Part shown: piece by piece, positions 25,388-41,749 of the stretch
Layout of the letters: every line of letters starts with the position of its first letter
Position numbering within the stretch: position 1 is the stretch's first letter
Assembly: GCA_043228905.1 (NCBI GenBank)
Contig: JBHGNT010000021.1
Coordinates: forward strand, 5,518,001-5,582,000
DNA length: 64,000 nt
Origin: Azolla caroliniana
Taxonomy: Eukaryota > Plantae > Polypodiophyta
Reading direction: 5' to 3'
Notes under the pieces: generated by a model
The model's database searches: none
Seen by the model: only the letters and a program-made list of their open reading frames with translations
Told to the model about the DNA's origin: nothing
Program-made: the position numbers and the translations under genes

Positions 25388-26410
25388 AATACTACGACAA
25401 TTCTCACCACGGGATATTATATGGTCATGCCCGTAACACTCATGAAAACACATGGCTACGTAAGTTCAGTTGGGACCCTTTGAAATGGACATGGCATGAT
25501 CCCTACGGGGAGCAAGGAAGCAAACCCATCCCTTTCTTCCAATTCACAACTAGATTGGGCCACCACATTCTAGCTGCTCAAACCGCTCGAGAGCCGGCTG
25601 TTGCGAAGGTCTGGCACAAATTTCAAGTTCCTCCCACAATAATCACCAAGTTTTGGCAGAAACTCAGGAAACAACAACACGCGAGGCGAATTACCACATT
25701 CCAATGGCTATTAATACATAAGTCCCTACCAGTGGGAGCATGGCAACGTGGGAACCTTAACTCTCCTAATTGTGTAGAGTGACCACATGTAGTAGAATCA
25801 ATATGACACGCTCTGTGGGACTGCCAAATGTCCCATCGCATATGGCGGGGGGTTGGCCACTTGTTGCAATTATGCCAGGTGCAAGGCTCAATCAAGTGGG
25901 AAAATATATGTTGGCTATCATGGCAGACCACAATTGGCAGATACGAGCATCAGGAGGAGGGGATGACTTTGGTGATAAAAGCACAAGAGGTCTTTTTCTC
26001 CTCCATCGACAATGTCCACTCCGCTCCTCTTAATGACAATTCTCAAGATGTGTTGGAATTGGTCAGCCCAATAACTCTTTGGATTCTATGGAAACAACGA
26101 TGTATGCGAGTCTTCTCCAACCAAACCGCACATCCAACAAGGTTATTGCAAGAGATATGGAGTGAAATTGTAGCCACTCTAAAGAGCCAATATGATGGCC
26201 TTAAGGGCGGCTCTGAGGGAGTTGAAAGACAACGAATAGCCCTCATCTAACAATGGTCCTCCTCTCCCTTTCTTGAGTCAGTGGGCATCCACATAAGATG
26301 GAACTATCGCGTCCCTTCAGGGATTTGTACATAATCATCTCATTTGTAAAATTTTATAACTAATGGAAAGAGTTTTTTTTTGGGAAAATAAAAATAAATA
26401 TAATAAAAAA
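25386..26410 (+). mobile_element. 5'-truncated L1-clade LINE (ORF2 C-terminus, zf-RVT-like) with an A-rich tail
   Basis: WLLIHKSLPVGAW, C..C..ES..HALWDC and LWILWKQRCMRVF motifs, homologous to the LINE at 27419-29768; A-rich tail at about 26385-26410. Confidence 0.8.
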
Positions 26411-27418
26411 ATTTAAAGAAATTTCTCTTTTCCCATGTAAGGTAAAAAATGCCCTTGGATATGTATAGTAGGCATTCAAATAAAAAACAAACATGATATC
26501 AATACAATTTTATGAATTCATGAAAGGAACTTTGCATCGTGTTTTTAGTATCAACGTAGTAGTAATGGTTCACAAATGTTGCACCTCTACCAAAGAATGA
26601 ATGTCTTAGCCATAAACCATTTACTTCTCATGGGGTTTGGCTTTATTTTAGATTTCATTCTAGAATAAACAACTCTAAGGATAAAGGGCTTGTCATGCAT
26701 CTCTTTACTATGGATATTCTTTTATTCATAGAATGACCATTGGGAGTCGGTATTTGCAAGTGCAATGTCTTTTATGGAGTTTGGTTAAGGAAAACTACTT
26801 TTCAATTCTCATGCATTTTTTATAAATATACTTGATATGTCATTGTCTTTCATTACGTAAAATACATCACACTCCACATTGAAAAAATGTTGAAATTTTA
26901 CTTTATTGAAACAAGAAGATATATAACAAAATCTTTAAAACTTGAAACATGTATGCAAAGCCTCCAAGGTGTTGTTGCCTTAATCAAAATTTGATGCACG
27001 TAGATGAATTTTGGTTTAAACCCTTAGAAGATTTATCATCAAAGTGGAATTGGTTAAAAAAAATCACATTGAAGGCTAGATTGATGACCTTTTTTAAAAA
27101 ACTTTTCGGGTCAAGGATTGCTAGGTTTGAAACTCAAACAATAATTTAGAATGTTTGCAGATTTCAAAAAAGAACATTTGAAACAAAACCCAATGTAAAG
27201 CATTGAGGTTTGAAGTGTGACATCAAAAGTCGGTGCGTCACAATATCAAATTTCAGCTCAAAGATTACTCGTGAAGTTTCCAAATGCAAAACAAATATTG
27301 TCTCTTACAAGTCTCTATTTCTACAACATGGGTTGTTTATTTCCCTTGTTTTCAAGAGCTTGTACTTTAGTTATTGGTGTATAAAAACCTTTATTGTTTA
27401 TAGATATATCATATAGTT

Positions 27419-29768
27419 TTTCTTTTTCCAAAAAAACACTACTACGCATTAGTTAGCAAACAAAATTACATCATAGAACACCCAAAGTTCCTCTCACCAG
27501 CCCTCACTCTGGCCTTCCCACCAAAGTGGACATAGTCCCCACCTCATTTTCAACAAACGTATCCAAACAACTCCAATAACCTAATAATTTGTACCATATC
27601 TATACAGATTTACAGCACCTAGACGCTGTTGGAAACCGGAAACAGCCATGGGGTGCTTGGTAGTTCCATTGAGGCCCTGATGATGATCTGCCCACCATAG
27701 GAGAATTACCCCATTTCAGCAAGAACTTTGATCGAGATCTTTCAGCTGCATCAGATTCCCCCTTAATTGAGTCGTATCGTCCCCGCAGCCAAGATACCAA
27801 CTCAAACCAGATATTTAATAATACCTCACCGCTAGGGATCTTTTGTTGTTGAAAAACAAATTTACAACGGTTGGTCCAAATGTGCCAGACCAATAAACAA
27901 GACACCATCATCCATATCTCTTCAAAAAATTCTGAGTTAGTGCCATGTCGAACTCCAGCCCGTTGAAACACCTTGCCATCCTGCACTATAAAACCATGTC
28001 CGTGGGGGTTTAACTGTTCAGCCCAGCCTTCCCCTGTTAACTTCAGCCCTTGTACGGACCCCCATACAACTCTCCCATTCACTCCGCATGCTGCCACTAT
28101 CCTGAGACTTCTACCCCAAATGTTAATAGCCTCGCTGCAATTCCAAAAACAATGAGGAATTGATTCCAAAGGGTGTCCACAACTTTTGCATCCAGCCTCA
28201 CCACCACGACACCTAAGCCACTCCCCCACCGGCACCGCTTTGTGACTAAGAAGCCACAACCAAAGCTTTATTTTTTCTGGCATATCGAGCGCCCATAGCC
28301 TCCTCCAAAACAACTTCAACCAGTCATCAGAAATGCCTTTATCCTTCCAACTATTGCGAGTTAGGCCAGCACCCATCAATTTAGAGCCAATGATTTGCCT
28401 TCCTAGCTTGGTAGTGTACTCGAAAAACCGTTCAAGTTTGTCCGTTCCCGGTTTCTGCCACCACACCTCTAGTGGATCCCAATCCAGATCACATATGGGT
28501 TTGTTGTCAACTATCCAAAGTTTACGATCAGATTCCAGCTTCCCTGGGTCCGGGTTTACTTGCCACTTCTTACCTTCCAACATTGCCACTCACACTGCCA
28601 ACCACTGGCCATTGTCTGCCAAAGCACTTAGGTTGCCCCACAAACGATACTCATTAGATGGGCACCTACCTCAGATAATTTGTGCATCGCCCTCACCTAC
28701 AAACCACCCAAACCAGACCCCCTCTTCTTCATTCAGCTTAGTTAGACCATCAACAGCCTTATCTATCAAGTGGGTAACCTTTTCCAGCCTGCCGGTAAAT
28801 CTAGGACTTCCAACCAGACGCTCCCTTCTTCTCCTTTTGAACTCCTCCCAGTCTCTTACTGAACTAACATTGTACCCTACCATTTTTCCCCATTGCAAGT
28901 ATTTTTTCTGACCAAGCATCATACCATCATCACTTCGAATCCTGGGGTTCCAAAACAAAGGTTGACGGAGTTGTTCCTCCATTGTTTTTGGCTGCATTAA
29001 GACCAACCCCTCTCTTAAACTTGACCAGGCCCTCATTATGGTGCGGGCCACCCTATCCTCCATGCTAGTAGGTTCTTTTAACGTTAGGCCTGGACTGAAC
29101 AACCACCACATCTTTGCCTTCCAAGGGCCGCCATTCCTCGGACTCCAGAGTTCAGCTCTGTCTCTAAGAAGCAATTTCCACAATTCTGGTCCAGGTTGGA
29201 GACTTCGCACCAAGAGCTTAGCAAGTAAAGCCTTACTTTGGTGAACTGGATCCACCATCCCAAGTCCACCTTGACTTTTTGCTTTGATCAAACAACTCCA
29301 GGCCACTTTAGCTGAAGCAGTCTCATGGTCTCTACCCGACCAAAGGAACCCTCTCACCATTGCCTTAATATTTTTTATGCACTCTTTATCTAACATCCAG
29401 CATGCCAATGAGTGCCACATGGTGGCCAACAAAATATGGTTTACCACAACCACTCTACCTGCAAGGGAAAGCTTTACTGATGCCCATAACCGAAGCTTTT
29501 TTCTGATTTTGTCTTTCACTTGCTCAAGTTGCTAATTTTTCTGAATCTCTATTCCCACCAAAAAGCCCAAATACTTAACAGCCCTTCCATTAGGAACCCA
29601 TTGAAAATCAGCATTAGGTTGCCCATTCGGCCAAGAGTTTGGACTTACCCAAAACCCTCTACTTTTGTTCCAATTAATTTTCCCACCTGATGCTTTACAA
29701 AACAACTCAATTCGATTTTCAGCCTGCTGTAAATTAGCATCATTGCCTTGCAGATAGAGCATGGTGTC
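27419..29768 (-). mobile_element. 5'-truncated L1-clade LINE with a 9-bp TSD
   Basis: Starts in the RT core (DTMLYL), then KYLG, LSLAGRVVVVN, KVAW, GGLG and zf-RVT (CKSCGHPLESIPHCFWNC). TSD catatagtt at 27410-27418 and 29769-29777. Confidence 0.92.
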
Positions 29769-29891
29769 CATATAGTTAATCTAGTTCTTTCATGGTTTTT
29801 TAAAAAGTCACACTCTGTGAAGTTTAGACATTATAAAAATGGTGCCCTTGTTTTTGTGGCTTTTTAAATACATGTATGTGCTGCTCTCAAA

Positions 29892-30152
29892 CGGTCCCAA
29901 CCGGCAAGTAGCCCCTAATCATAGTTGGGATAGTCCCAAGCGGTCCCAAACAGAGTTGGAACAGTCCCAAGCAACCCCCAAACAAAGTTGGGACAATCCC
30001 AAGCAGTCCCCAAACATAGTTGGGATGGCCCCAAGTAGCCCCCAAACAAAGTTGGTATAGCCCCAATAAGTCCCAAATAGCAAGTCGTCCCAAATAGGGT
30101 TGGGATAGTCCCAAACAACAAGTAGTCCCAAACACAGTTGTGACTATCCCAA
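29892..30152. repeat. Degenerate short-unit array of tcccaa/ttggga motifs
   Basis: Repeated gtcccaaa...gttgggac/at units about 30-40 bp apart, each with an internal inverted pair. Confidence 0.7.
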
Positions 30153-30925
30153 CTGCTAGCTGAATGACCATATCTTGACCCATATAAGGAGGATCTTCTC
30201 CTTAGTTTGCTCATTCCTAATTTTTGAATTCTACACACACTCTCTCTCATTGTAATCTTGAGCATTCTGTCGTCCCTAATATCTTTTGGTTTGTCCCAAC
30301 ATTGGGATTCCCATAATCTCTCATCTCTTTCTTATAATATAAACCAATTTTTTGTCCCAACCGTGTTTTGTGTGTTTCAACACCACCATAATTTAGGGAC
30401 ATAACATGTATTACAAAAAATAGATATTCTTTGAAATCCATTGTTTTTTTACAGGTTTTTCAAATCAAGATGTCATTAAACTTGGTATTTTCTTAAAATA
30501 TAGAAATTATATAATAACTATTTGACAAACTATATGGAATCTTTAACAAGAACTATGCAACATTGCCTACTCATAATGCAATTGTGCTTATGAAAAAAAA
30601 GTCATATACAAGAAACTAATTGTGGATAAAAAAATATTGCCAAGTATGTTATTTGGAAATATGGATAGCCCTATGCGCATGAGATAAAACATGATCAACA
30701 AGTTGAAGAGTAGCTAGCTTATTGTGGATGTTATCCATCCTTCCACATGATCTACACCTGCATAGGCTTCGTTGAAGACAACATAGGCACGAGGAATGTT
30801 GTAGTGTGAGGCATTGCATAACCTTAGTTTTCAGGGATAACAAGATAGCATTGTCCCATGTGGGGCACCCCATGGGGATGCCACAATGGCAAAGCCCTGG
30901 AAAATATGCCAATAGGAATAATGCA

Positions 30926-31211
30926 TATACACATGATTTGACATCTTGATAATCTGGTTTTAAATAGTGTTAAATCACTAGTGTTTTGAAAATGGACAAT
31001 ATTACACTGTACGCGTAATGGAAAATGAACTAGATGTGTTTATAACCCAACAATAGTGACTATTTTGGGCTTATACACATGATTTGGCATCTTGATAATC
31101 TGGTTGAAAATAGTGTTAAATCACTAGTGTTTTGAAAATGGACAATATTACACGTAATGGAAAATGAACTAGATGTGTTTATAACCCAACAATAGTGAAT
31201 ATTTTGGGCTT
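30926..31211. repeat. Tandem duplication, about 146-bp unit x2
   Basis: tatacacatgattt...tattttgggctt repeated at 30926 and 31072. Confidence 0.9.
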
Positions 31212-31955
31212 CGATGTTCCCAATTGTTATATAGTCTCCCACTTGTGCACATTAAATCCTCTTCTTGTTGTAATTGGTGACCAGCCTCTTGTGCACGTAG
31301 TCCTCACAATTTGATCTACTTCATGATTATATTTTAAAATAAAAATGACAATATTCATATTTGCCAAGAGATGAGGGCCACAAATTTATAGCTCCTCATC
31401 TCTAATTAGTCACGTGCTTAAATAAATTTCCTATTTGTCAACTCTAGCCCCATTTGAATGTAGTTTTTTAGTGCTAGCTAACATCAAACTTTTGGATGAA
31501 TTCATGGTTCCAAGCTCATGAAATACCCCCCCTTAGAGAAACCGATCATCTAATATTTCCAAGCTCGTGAAACTTCAATTGACAACACTAGGTTCATTCT
31601 ATGCAACCCCCTTGGAAATTAAGTGTGTACCATTTTCAATTCAATCTGAAAATATATGAGGAGCTTTTATAATATTCTCTCCCAAACATTTAGATATTTT
31701 GACAAATGCTCGTTAGAGGTTTCCTAATATGTAAATTATGTTTCCATGTTTCAAAAGATTGATAAGAACAAGAAGATTACATTAGTTGGACTTGTAAGGC
31801 AAGCCTCCTGTAAAAACTCTCATTATTCATATAAAAATTTCTAAGGTGGTATTGTGGAATGTGTGGACATGTATGCTACATTGTTATATATTTTCCAATT
31901 CAAACGTTCGTGTCAATGTTTTTGTTGTTGTGTGTGACCCTTCTCGCAAATGTTG

Positions 31956-34834
<2,879 letters not shown>

Positions 34835-36916
34835 GAGGAGAGAAATGAGTTACTCCTTATTTCTTTATGTAGACTATGGTCTTACATCATTCGGTTACTA
34901 CCATTATGAGTGTTTCCTTTATCTCATCAACTAAATCCAACTACACTTTTAAGATTGATGGACAAGTAGAATTTGAAATTAGAAGATTCTACAATCCAAC
35001 ACCTCAAAAGTGGCATACTTCTATAAAGTCAATTAGTATGCTTCAAGCAAAATACATGGAAACTTGAATTCTACTTACTTAATCAAGTATAACGACTATC
35101 ACTATAGAGACCACGGTCCTACTATGTGCCAATATATTTTTCCCGATGATCCAATCTAGATCTATAGAAACACAACCTCTTGTCATAAATTCATTAGTAG
35201 ATAGAGAGGGAGAGGTAATCGTTAGCTCAATCTTCTCTAGCTTTTCCATAATGCTCTAAACATGATGATGTTGACTTACTTTTGAACTGTGTTAACCTCC
35301 ACTAACTTCAAGAAAGCATTTTAATTCCTTGACTTTCCTATGGTAACCTGGATGATTCTAACCTCCTCCAACTTCTACGAAAGAGTTTTTAACTCTTTAG
35401 TAGTAATCATGATGATTCTAACCTCCATCTCCCCATGCTTGATATTAATAGGTCCTTAAGGTTGCAAGAAACTTCGCCTAGCTAACACTATGTTCTTTAC
35501 TCTTAAACCCCTTTACTGAGTTTCTATAATTTTTAAAAAATGATGATGTTGAAATTTGAATAGGATTGCGTACCCATTACACGCTTATCTAATAAAGGTA
35601 AAACACTTTAAGAATATACTGTAATGATTAGTGAATGACAAAACCAATGATACTATAGATTCATGCTTTTTAGCGTTTCGCAAAGAAAAAACCACATGCG
35701 CAGCTTAAAAGCAATCGATATGAAGAATGAGATCCAAGGATGCATGGAATATGACAAATAAACTTATAAATTTAGGATAGAAACCACATTGATTTCTAAT
35801 AAAAGAGTATATTCAATGCTCTTTTCAATAAGTTTTTTTACAGAATCCTAGTAAATATTATAATCGTCTCATGGTTTTATTGAGAAAATGAGTTGGTTTG
35901 TTTAGGTATGTACTTTGGCCACTATAATGATCTGGATTAAATTCATCATGTATGAAAACCTCCAGACACATGGTCAATTCTAAAATAAAAAACAACAATA
36001 AACTTGGGTGTTGCAATGCCCTCGGATTTATGGGAATTATTTGAGGTTGTTTAAAACTACCATATGTCCCCTAATGTTGTGCTTGGCTTCGATGACTCAT
36101 AAAATGTTCAAAGGGTTTTAGCCATGTGGAAACCATCTAAAAGTTAGAATGGTAAAAACAATATCCTTAAAATGTTGTACTAAATAGAAGTGCCTAGTAA
36201 AAGCAAGATATAATTAACATGTTTACCATATTGTGTTCTTATATATGTACATAATGTGTGCTCATAATTAAAATGTCATTGGTTGATGATAGAAATGCCA
36301 TTATAATTTATACATATGGAATTAACATTCACACTTAATGTTATGATTAATAATATGAATCTTTGTTTAAATCACTTGAATTAGTCTCTTCCATTAATTA
36401 CACTTACCTAAACATAAATTTAGACATAAATACAAAGCAAGAACTACTCCTAAACATTAGAAGCATTTCCTTTGGAATATTCAGCCAGGGAAAAGTTTCC
36501 TAGATTTAAGAGGATCCATGTCTTATCACTATAATCTGTCAATCATTCACAATGTTCTGTAATTTATTATAATTGACAAGACACACTCCGAGAAAGTCTT
36601 ATTTGAAGAAGGGCAAGACTAGTTAGTTTCTAACGGTAACGAAGTGGTGCAAGAAAAAAACATGTTTGTGTGTAACGTGTCAACTTCCATTTAATTGTAT
36701 AAATATCACAAGTATTTGTTCCTTCGAAAGAAAGTTCAATAGTCAATCCATATTCTTTTTCATTGAGTGGGTAGAATGTAAAGTGTTAAAGAGTTAGATT
36801 TTGAAATTGTGATAGACAATATGGGAAAACCCATTACGATTGAACCTCATAAGAATTATCTTCATTTCTATGATACACAAATTATACAGTTTTGACACAA
36901 GACAACTTTTCATAGA

Positions 36917-37073
36917 AAGGGCCACGATAGTGTCTTGTGGTGGTCACTTATTGGTTAGTGTATTGTATTGAACTCAATAACCCTCAAACTTAACAAGGGC
37001 CACGATAGTGTCTTGTGGTGGTCACTTATTGGTTAGTGTATTGTATTGAACTCAATAACCCTCAAACTTAACA
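36917..37073. repeat. Apparently perfect 78-bp tandem duplication
   Basis: aagggccacgatagtgtc...ccctcaaacttaac at 36917 and 36995. Confidence 0.93.
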
Positions 37074-37859
37074 TATAGGTGTGAGCATGTAGATTGACAT
37101 GTATGATATTGCCATTATGTCACCAACCACAACCAACATTACGCTCTTCTACAACTTCAAACATCCATTACAAACATTTAAATTATTTGAGGTTGGTATG
37201 ATGCTATATAGCCTTCTACATTAGATAGACACATAAATAGAAAATAGCCAAGTCATGCTCATTATCCTATGGATAGAGCTCATGTAAACAAGTGTATCAA
37301 AATAAATAGAAAAGGAAAAGTCGATAGAAGCATGATGATGTGCCATCTCACATACACACAAACTTGCAACCCATTATCAACAATGCCATCTTCCTTGGTT
37401 TAGGTTGACGGTGGTCACGTTCAACTTTTCACACGGACAATGGAAGTATTGCTACAATATGTGCTTGTGCCTAGTACAAAGTAGAATAGATGTTTTATCA
37501 TCCATGAGGAGGGCAATTATGACCCATGGGACTAAATCAACATATCATATTGTATGTGCCTCATTCCTAAGAAGGGGAGGTTACAACTACTTTGTAATAA
37601 GAACTCTCTATGTGAAAATAATGCACACTCACATGTGCTCACTCTTCTAGAGGATGTTTGAGTACATGACACTTACATTGTCATGCTTTACTAACAAGTC
37701 GTCATATTTGTCGTGAATTACCTTATACATTTGATAATATATATTTGTGGAGATGAAACAATATTATGTACTATTTGTATTCTGCCTCCGGGCCTTTTAT
37801 TAATACCAATGGAGCATATGTTTTATGGAAAAATAAAAATAAAAATAAAAATTTACCTT

Positions 37860-40800
37860 ATACATTTGAGCATGTCATAAACAAGTGATATTCATCCTTC
37901 ATTGTTAGGTTTTCATTGGATACCTTGAATATCATCACATTTCTGTGATGATGATGCCATGACTCTACCTCAACACCTAACTTGTTTGAGTGTGTTTGTG
38001 GAAGTGGTAAGGCTCTCCTAGAGCCAACTTGAAGGCTCATGGGGATAGAGAGATGTGATTGGATATGTCCAAGCAATTTGTCCTTGTATTGGGGCCAACA
38101 TTTGGGGTTAATAATTGCAATATATTATTCCAAATTTGAAATTTTAGCACCTTGCCACTTCATCTTTAGTGCCATTAGTAATATATCATTGATGATAACA
38201 TACTTCATAGTCTCACATGGGAGCTCTAATAGATCTTTTACTCCCCATCTCTTAAATCATTTTACAATGTCAAGCACTCAACTAGATAAGAGGATTTTCC
38301 TCATATGATTTTGTTACCTTGCATCCTATGTTCCAAACTTGTTTTTGGAAATCTATGATCAAACTTACTCTTGACTTTTGTGATATATTGTTATACTCTT
38401 TGAATGACTAGTACCTCTTTGGGCTAAGCACTTATTTATAATAGCTTGACAAGGTAGGACGTTGAGGATTATATCCCCAATTTTCCAATGTAAGAAGAAT
38501 TTTTGGTTTGTCTCTATTTCATTCCAAGCACTAAGTGAGATAGTAAAACCCCACACTTATACTCCATAAAGCAACACTTGAACCACCATAGCATTGAATA
38601 ATGTCAATCTCACTTCCCATCCTCGAGAGTCGAGCATCACTTTGGTTGCATTGATTCTCAAACATATAATAACTATTCCAACCTGCTTGAAGTCTAGACT
38701 CGTAGCTGTCACAGACAAGTAGACAAGGCTCAATACTAAGAGAGTGAGATCATAGACAAGATAATAAGAAAGAGAGTGAGAGAGAAAGTAGTCAAGAGAA
38801 CAAGATCTGAATTATGATTTCGTAACTAGGTTTAATCCGAACCAAGTTGTATGCTCCCCGCAAGTCAATCTTGGAGAAGACCTATGCACAACGAAGGCGA
38901 TTGAGGAGCTCTAGGATGAGAGGTAAAGGCTATCGATTACGTATCGTGATTTTATTGAGGCCACGATAATCCTTTTTCTTCACAAACAAGATAGGGGCCC
39001 CAACTAGTGACTTAGACGGTTGGATGAAGCCCTTCTCCAAATTTGCATCGAGATACGTGCGAAGAGCCTCTAGTTCTGGTTCAGAGAGACCATAGATGGG
39101 CCCAAAGGGTGGAGATATGCCCTCCTGTAGATCTATCGGACAATCATATGGTCGATGCTCTGGTAAGTGATCTGCATTCTTCTTCTTGAACACATCAACA
39201 AAGTCACCATATTTGGATGGAAGCGAGTCCAGATTGGCTTTCATAGGAACCAAAGCTGGGGTACTCGACTTTGAGTCATTGCCCATTTAGATGGAGTGCC
39301 TTGTGACTGGGGCATGATCATCCGAGTGCATTGGTCCGAGTTGAATGGAGTGCTCGACAGAAAATGATTCGGGCCATTCTAACACAACGATATTGGAAGC
39401 CGCTCCAACCTCCATGTGAGTTTGCAGTTGAAAAGTAAGTGAGTGGTTGTGCCAATCTATAACAGGTTTATTCGCTTTCAACCAAGACAACCCAAGTATG
39501 ATTGGATGTTGCGGTGAAGTGATGAGGTAAAATGATAAGGCCTCTTGTTGGGTCCCGAGCTGCAAAATGAGGGGGACTGTGGCCTCGACTACTTGTCCGT
39601 GACAGTTTGTTCACCTTGACTAAGGCCAAGGTGAACCCCTGTATTTATACATGTTTATGGGCTCTAAATGTAGCCCCATGCAAAGACTCATTTTCATGCA
39701 CAAGTGTCTAGAATGTTCTAGATTTTGGAGGTTTCTAGAAGCTTCTAAAATCTTACATGTAGAATAGATCATCTCAGTAATCTAATAAGATAATATAGTT
39801 ATGTATTGGATGTATTGGTTAAAACATATCCATTAAATACAATAGGTCAAGAGTTCAAATCATGACATGATTGTTGTCATGTAGCATACATTTCACCTAT
39901 TTATTCATGGAACCTTAACACCAAGATATTTGAAGATTTGCACCATTTGTATTGGTTCTACTTTGTATCTAAAGTAGGTTGGTGTCTTACTGCCGAAAAC
40001 AACATGGTGTTTTTCCTTCAAATTGACTTTTTCCCATGGTAATGCTTAGTGTACAACCAAGTAATTGACAATTGAATGTTTTGGCCTAAAGATAGGTTGA
40101 GCAAGTGTTCATTTGTGATGATGTTCAACCCATGAGCTAATCTTTTGTTCCATGGTAGTGCTATATAACTTGGCCATATCTGAGGCAACCATGATAGTTC
40201 GATAGTTGGTTATCAATTTTTATCTGCTCCTTTATGGATTACTTTGATCCAATTCATGATTCAATCTTCTCAAATACATTTCTTGATCGTTTGATCCATG
40301 ATAATTTCTATTTGTTGATGAGTTTACAAGTCTTGTCATTAAAGTTATATTCACCGCTTTGCCATTAGACATCTTTTTTACCCCTCTATTAACATTTTCA
40401 ACAAATACAAATGCATTCTATGGTATTGCAATACTAAATTTCATACGCATTATCCCATCATGCATATAAAGCTTACATATATATTGTTCCATCTCCTCGT
40501 CGGTGAATTCACTAGTTATATCTTCCTTTTGCATTTGAGTTGTCTCCATACTAACTTTGGTTGGATTTTAAACATTTGTTTTTTCTTCTTTTCTTGTATT
40601 TGATGGTATTGTCTCTTCTTTCTCCCCATCATTCTTCAATCTTGATACAATAATAAAGCTTTGTCATTTTTATCTTTTTCAACCTTTAACATTTTGAGAT
40701 TAGCTTTGCATTTTTCGTCAAACCAAGCATTGCATGGGAAGCTAAGCATTCAATGTCCACCCACTTGTGCACTAAATTATTGACACCCTACCTTGAGAAT

Positions 40801-41650
40801 GACATTCTTCAATTGCTCCCACTTTGTTTTCACACCTTTACTAAGGAAGAGGTTCATGACATAACTCTCAGTTACCTCATTTGCATATAGACTCGCCTTT
40901 TGATATGAAGTTCACATAATGTACCTCTTTTCCTTTTGTACACTAATGCATTGGTCAATGTGTGAATTTTTGGGTGAAATATACAAGTACAAGAGCTTGT
41001 GGTTCGAGTCTAATGACAATGGGCCAATACTTATTGTATTCACTATGGGTGCATCACATTCATTCACCAATGCATAGTCAAATAACTTCCTTTTGTTGAT
41101 GTTGAGAGGTTGTGGTGGTAGGATAGCCAAACATAGAGGTCTTCATGAGCAACCCTATAGGGTTTTATATGGGCGGTCTCGAAATGGAAGTGGGTCAAAG
41201 TGACCCATAGGGCTTTACAATAGTTGTTTGGGTGATGGAAGATGAAAATATTACAACACTTACAATATTGTGTGTGTGTTTTCAGGCATGATCTTGCTTG
41301 GGTTGGTGGCTCTGCCAGATCGGGCAACAAATGTTCTCATGGATAGGTTTGGTCATCAACGTTTCTATCTTTCAATAAGATTGTCTTGAAGACTATGTAG
41401 TGTTGCCTCTTGAATTAGTGGGTGTTGTACGAGGGGTTTGAAAATCATAAAAGTTGCCCTCAATGTTCATGGTTTCATCACAAGCTTTGATGAAGGGCAT
41501 ATTATTACTTATGTTAAGGAAATTATGTAATGCCTCATTGTTATAGTGATATGACATATGGAAAGTGAGCAAAACATAGTAAAGGTAGGTTTTAGACAAG
41601 CGTGGGATTTGTAATCAAAGTGCTCACTAAAATTAAAAAGGAAAAAGAAT
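37860..41650 (-). mobile_element. Decayed RTE-like LINE interrupted by an LTR-derived insertion
   Basis: In order: endonuclease remnants (FDYALV, DSNHK), FPCNAWFDEKCK, YRTIMVAS, FKYLGV...VCY | insertion | YESRLQ, LLYGV*VWG and KDEYHLFMTC. Confidence 0.7.
38707..39879 (-). mobile_element. Composite solo-LTR-like unit containing a Tcn1/Tf2-like protease-RT fragment
   Basis: TG..CA ends and a gtagc duplication at 38702-38706 and 39881-39885. U3-like part has tctaga repeats and TATA gtataaata. Internal pol segment HPIILGLSWL, PEHRPYDCPIDL, GAPILFVKKKD, KIDLRGAYNL. Confidence 0.7.
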
Positions 41651-41749
41651 GACTATTAAGAAGACAACAAAAGCTACCCATTGCTAATGAAAGGGTCAAT
41701 GGTTTGAGATCGACTAAAGGTGATTGAAAGGAAAATATGGAGTTTCTAT

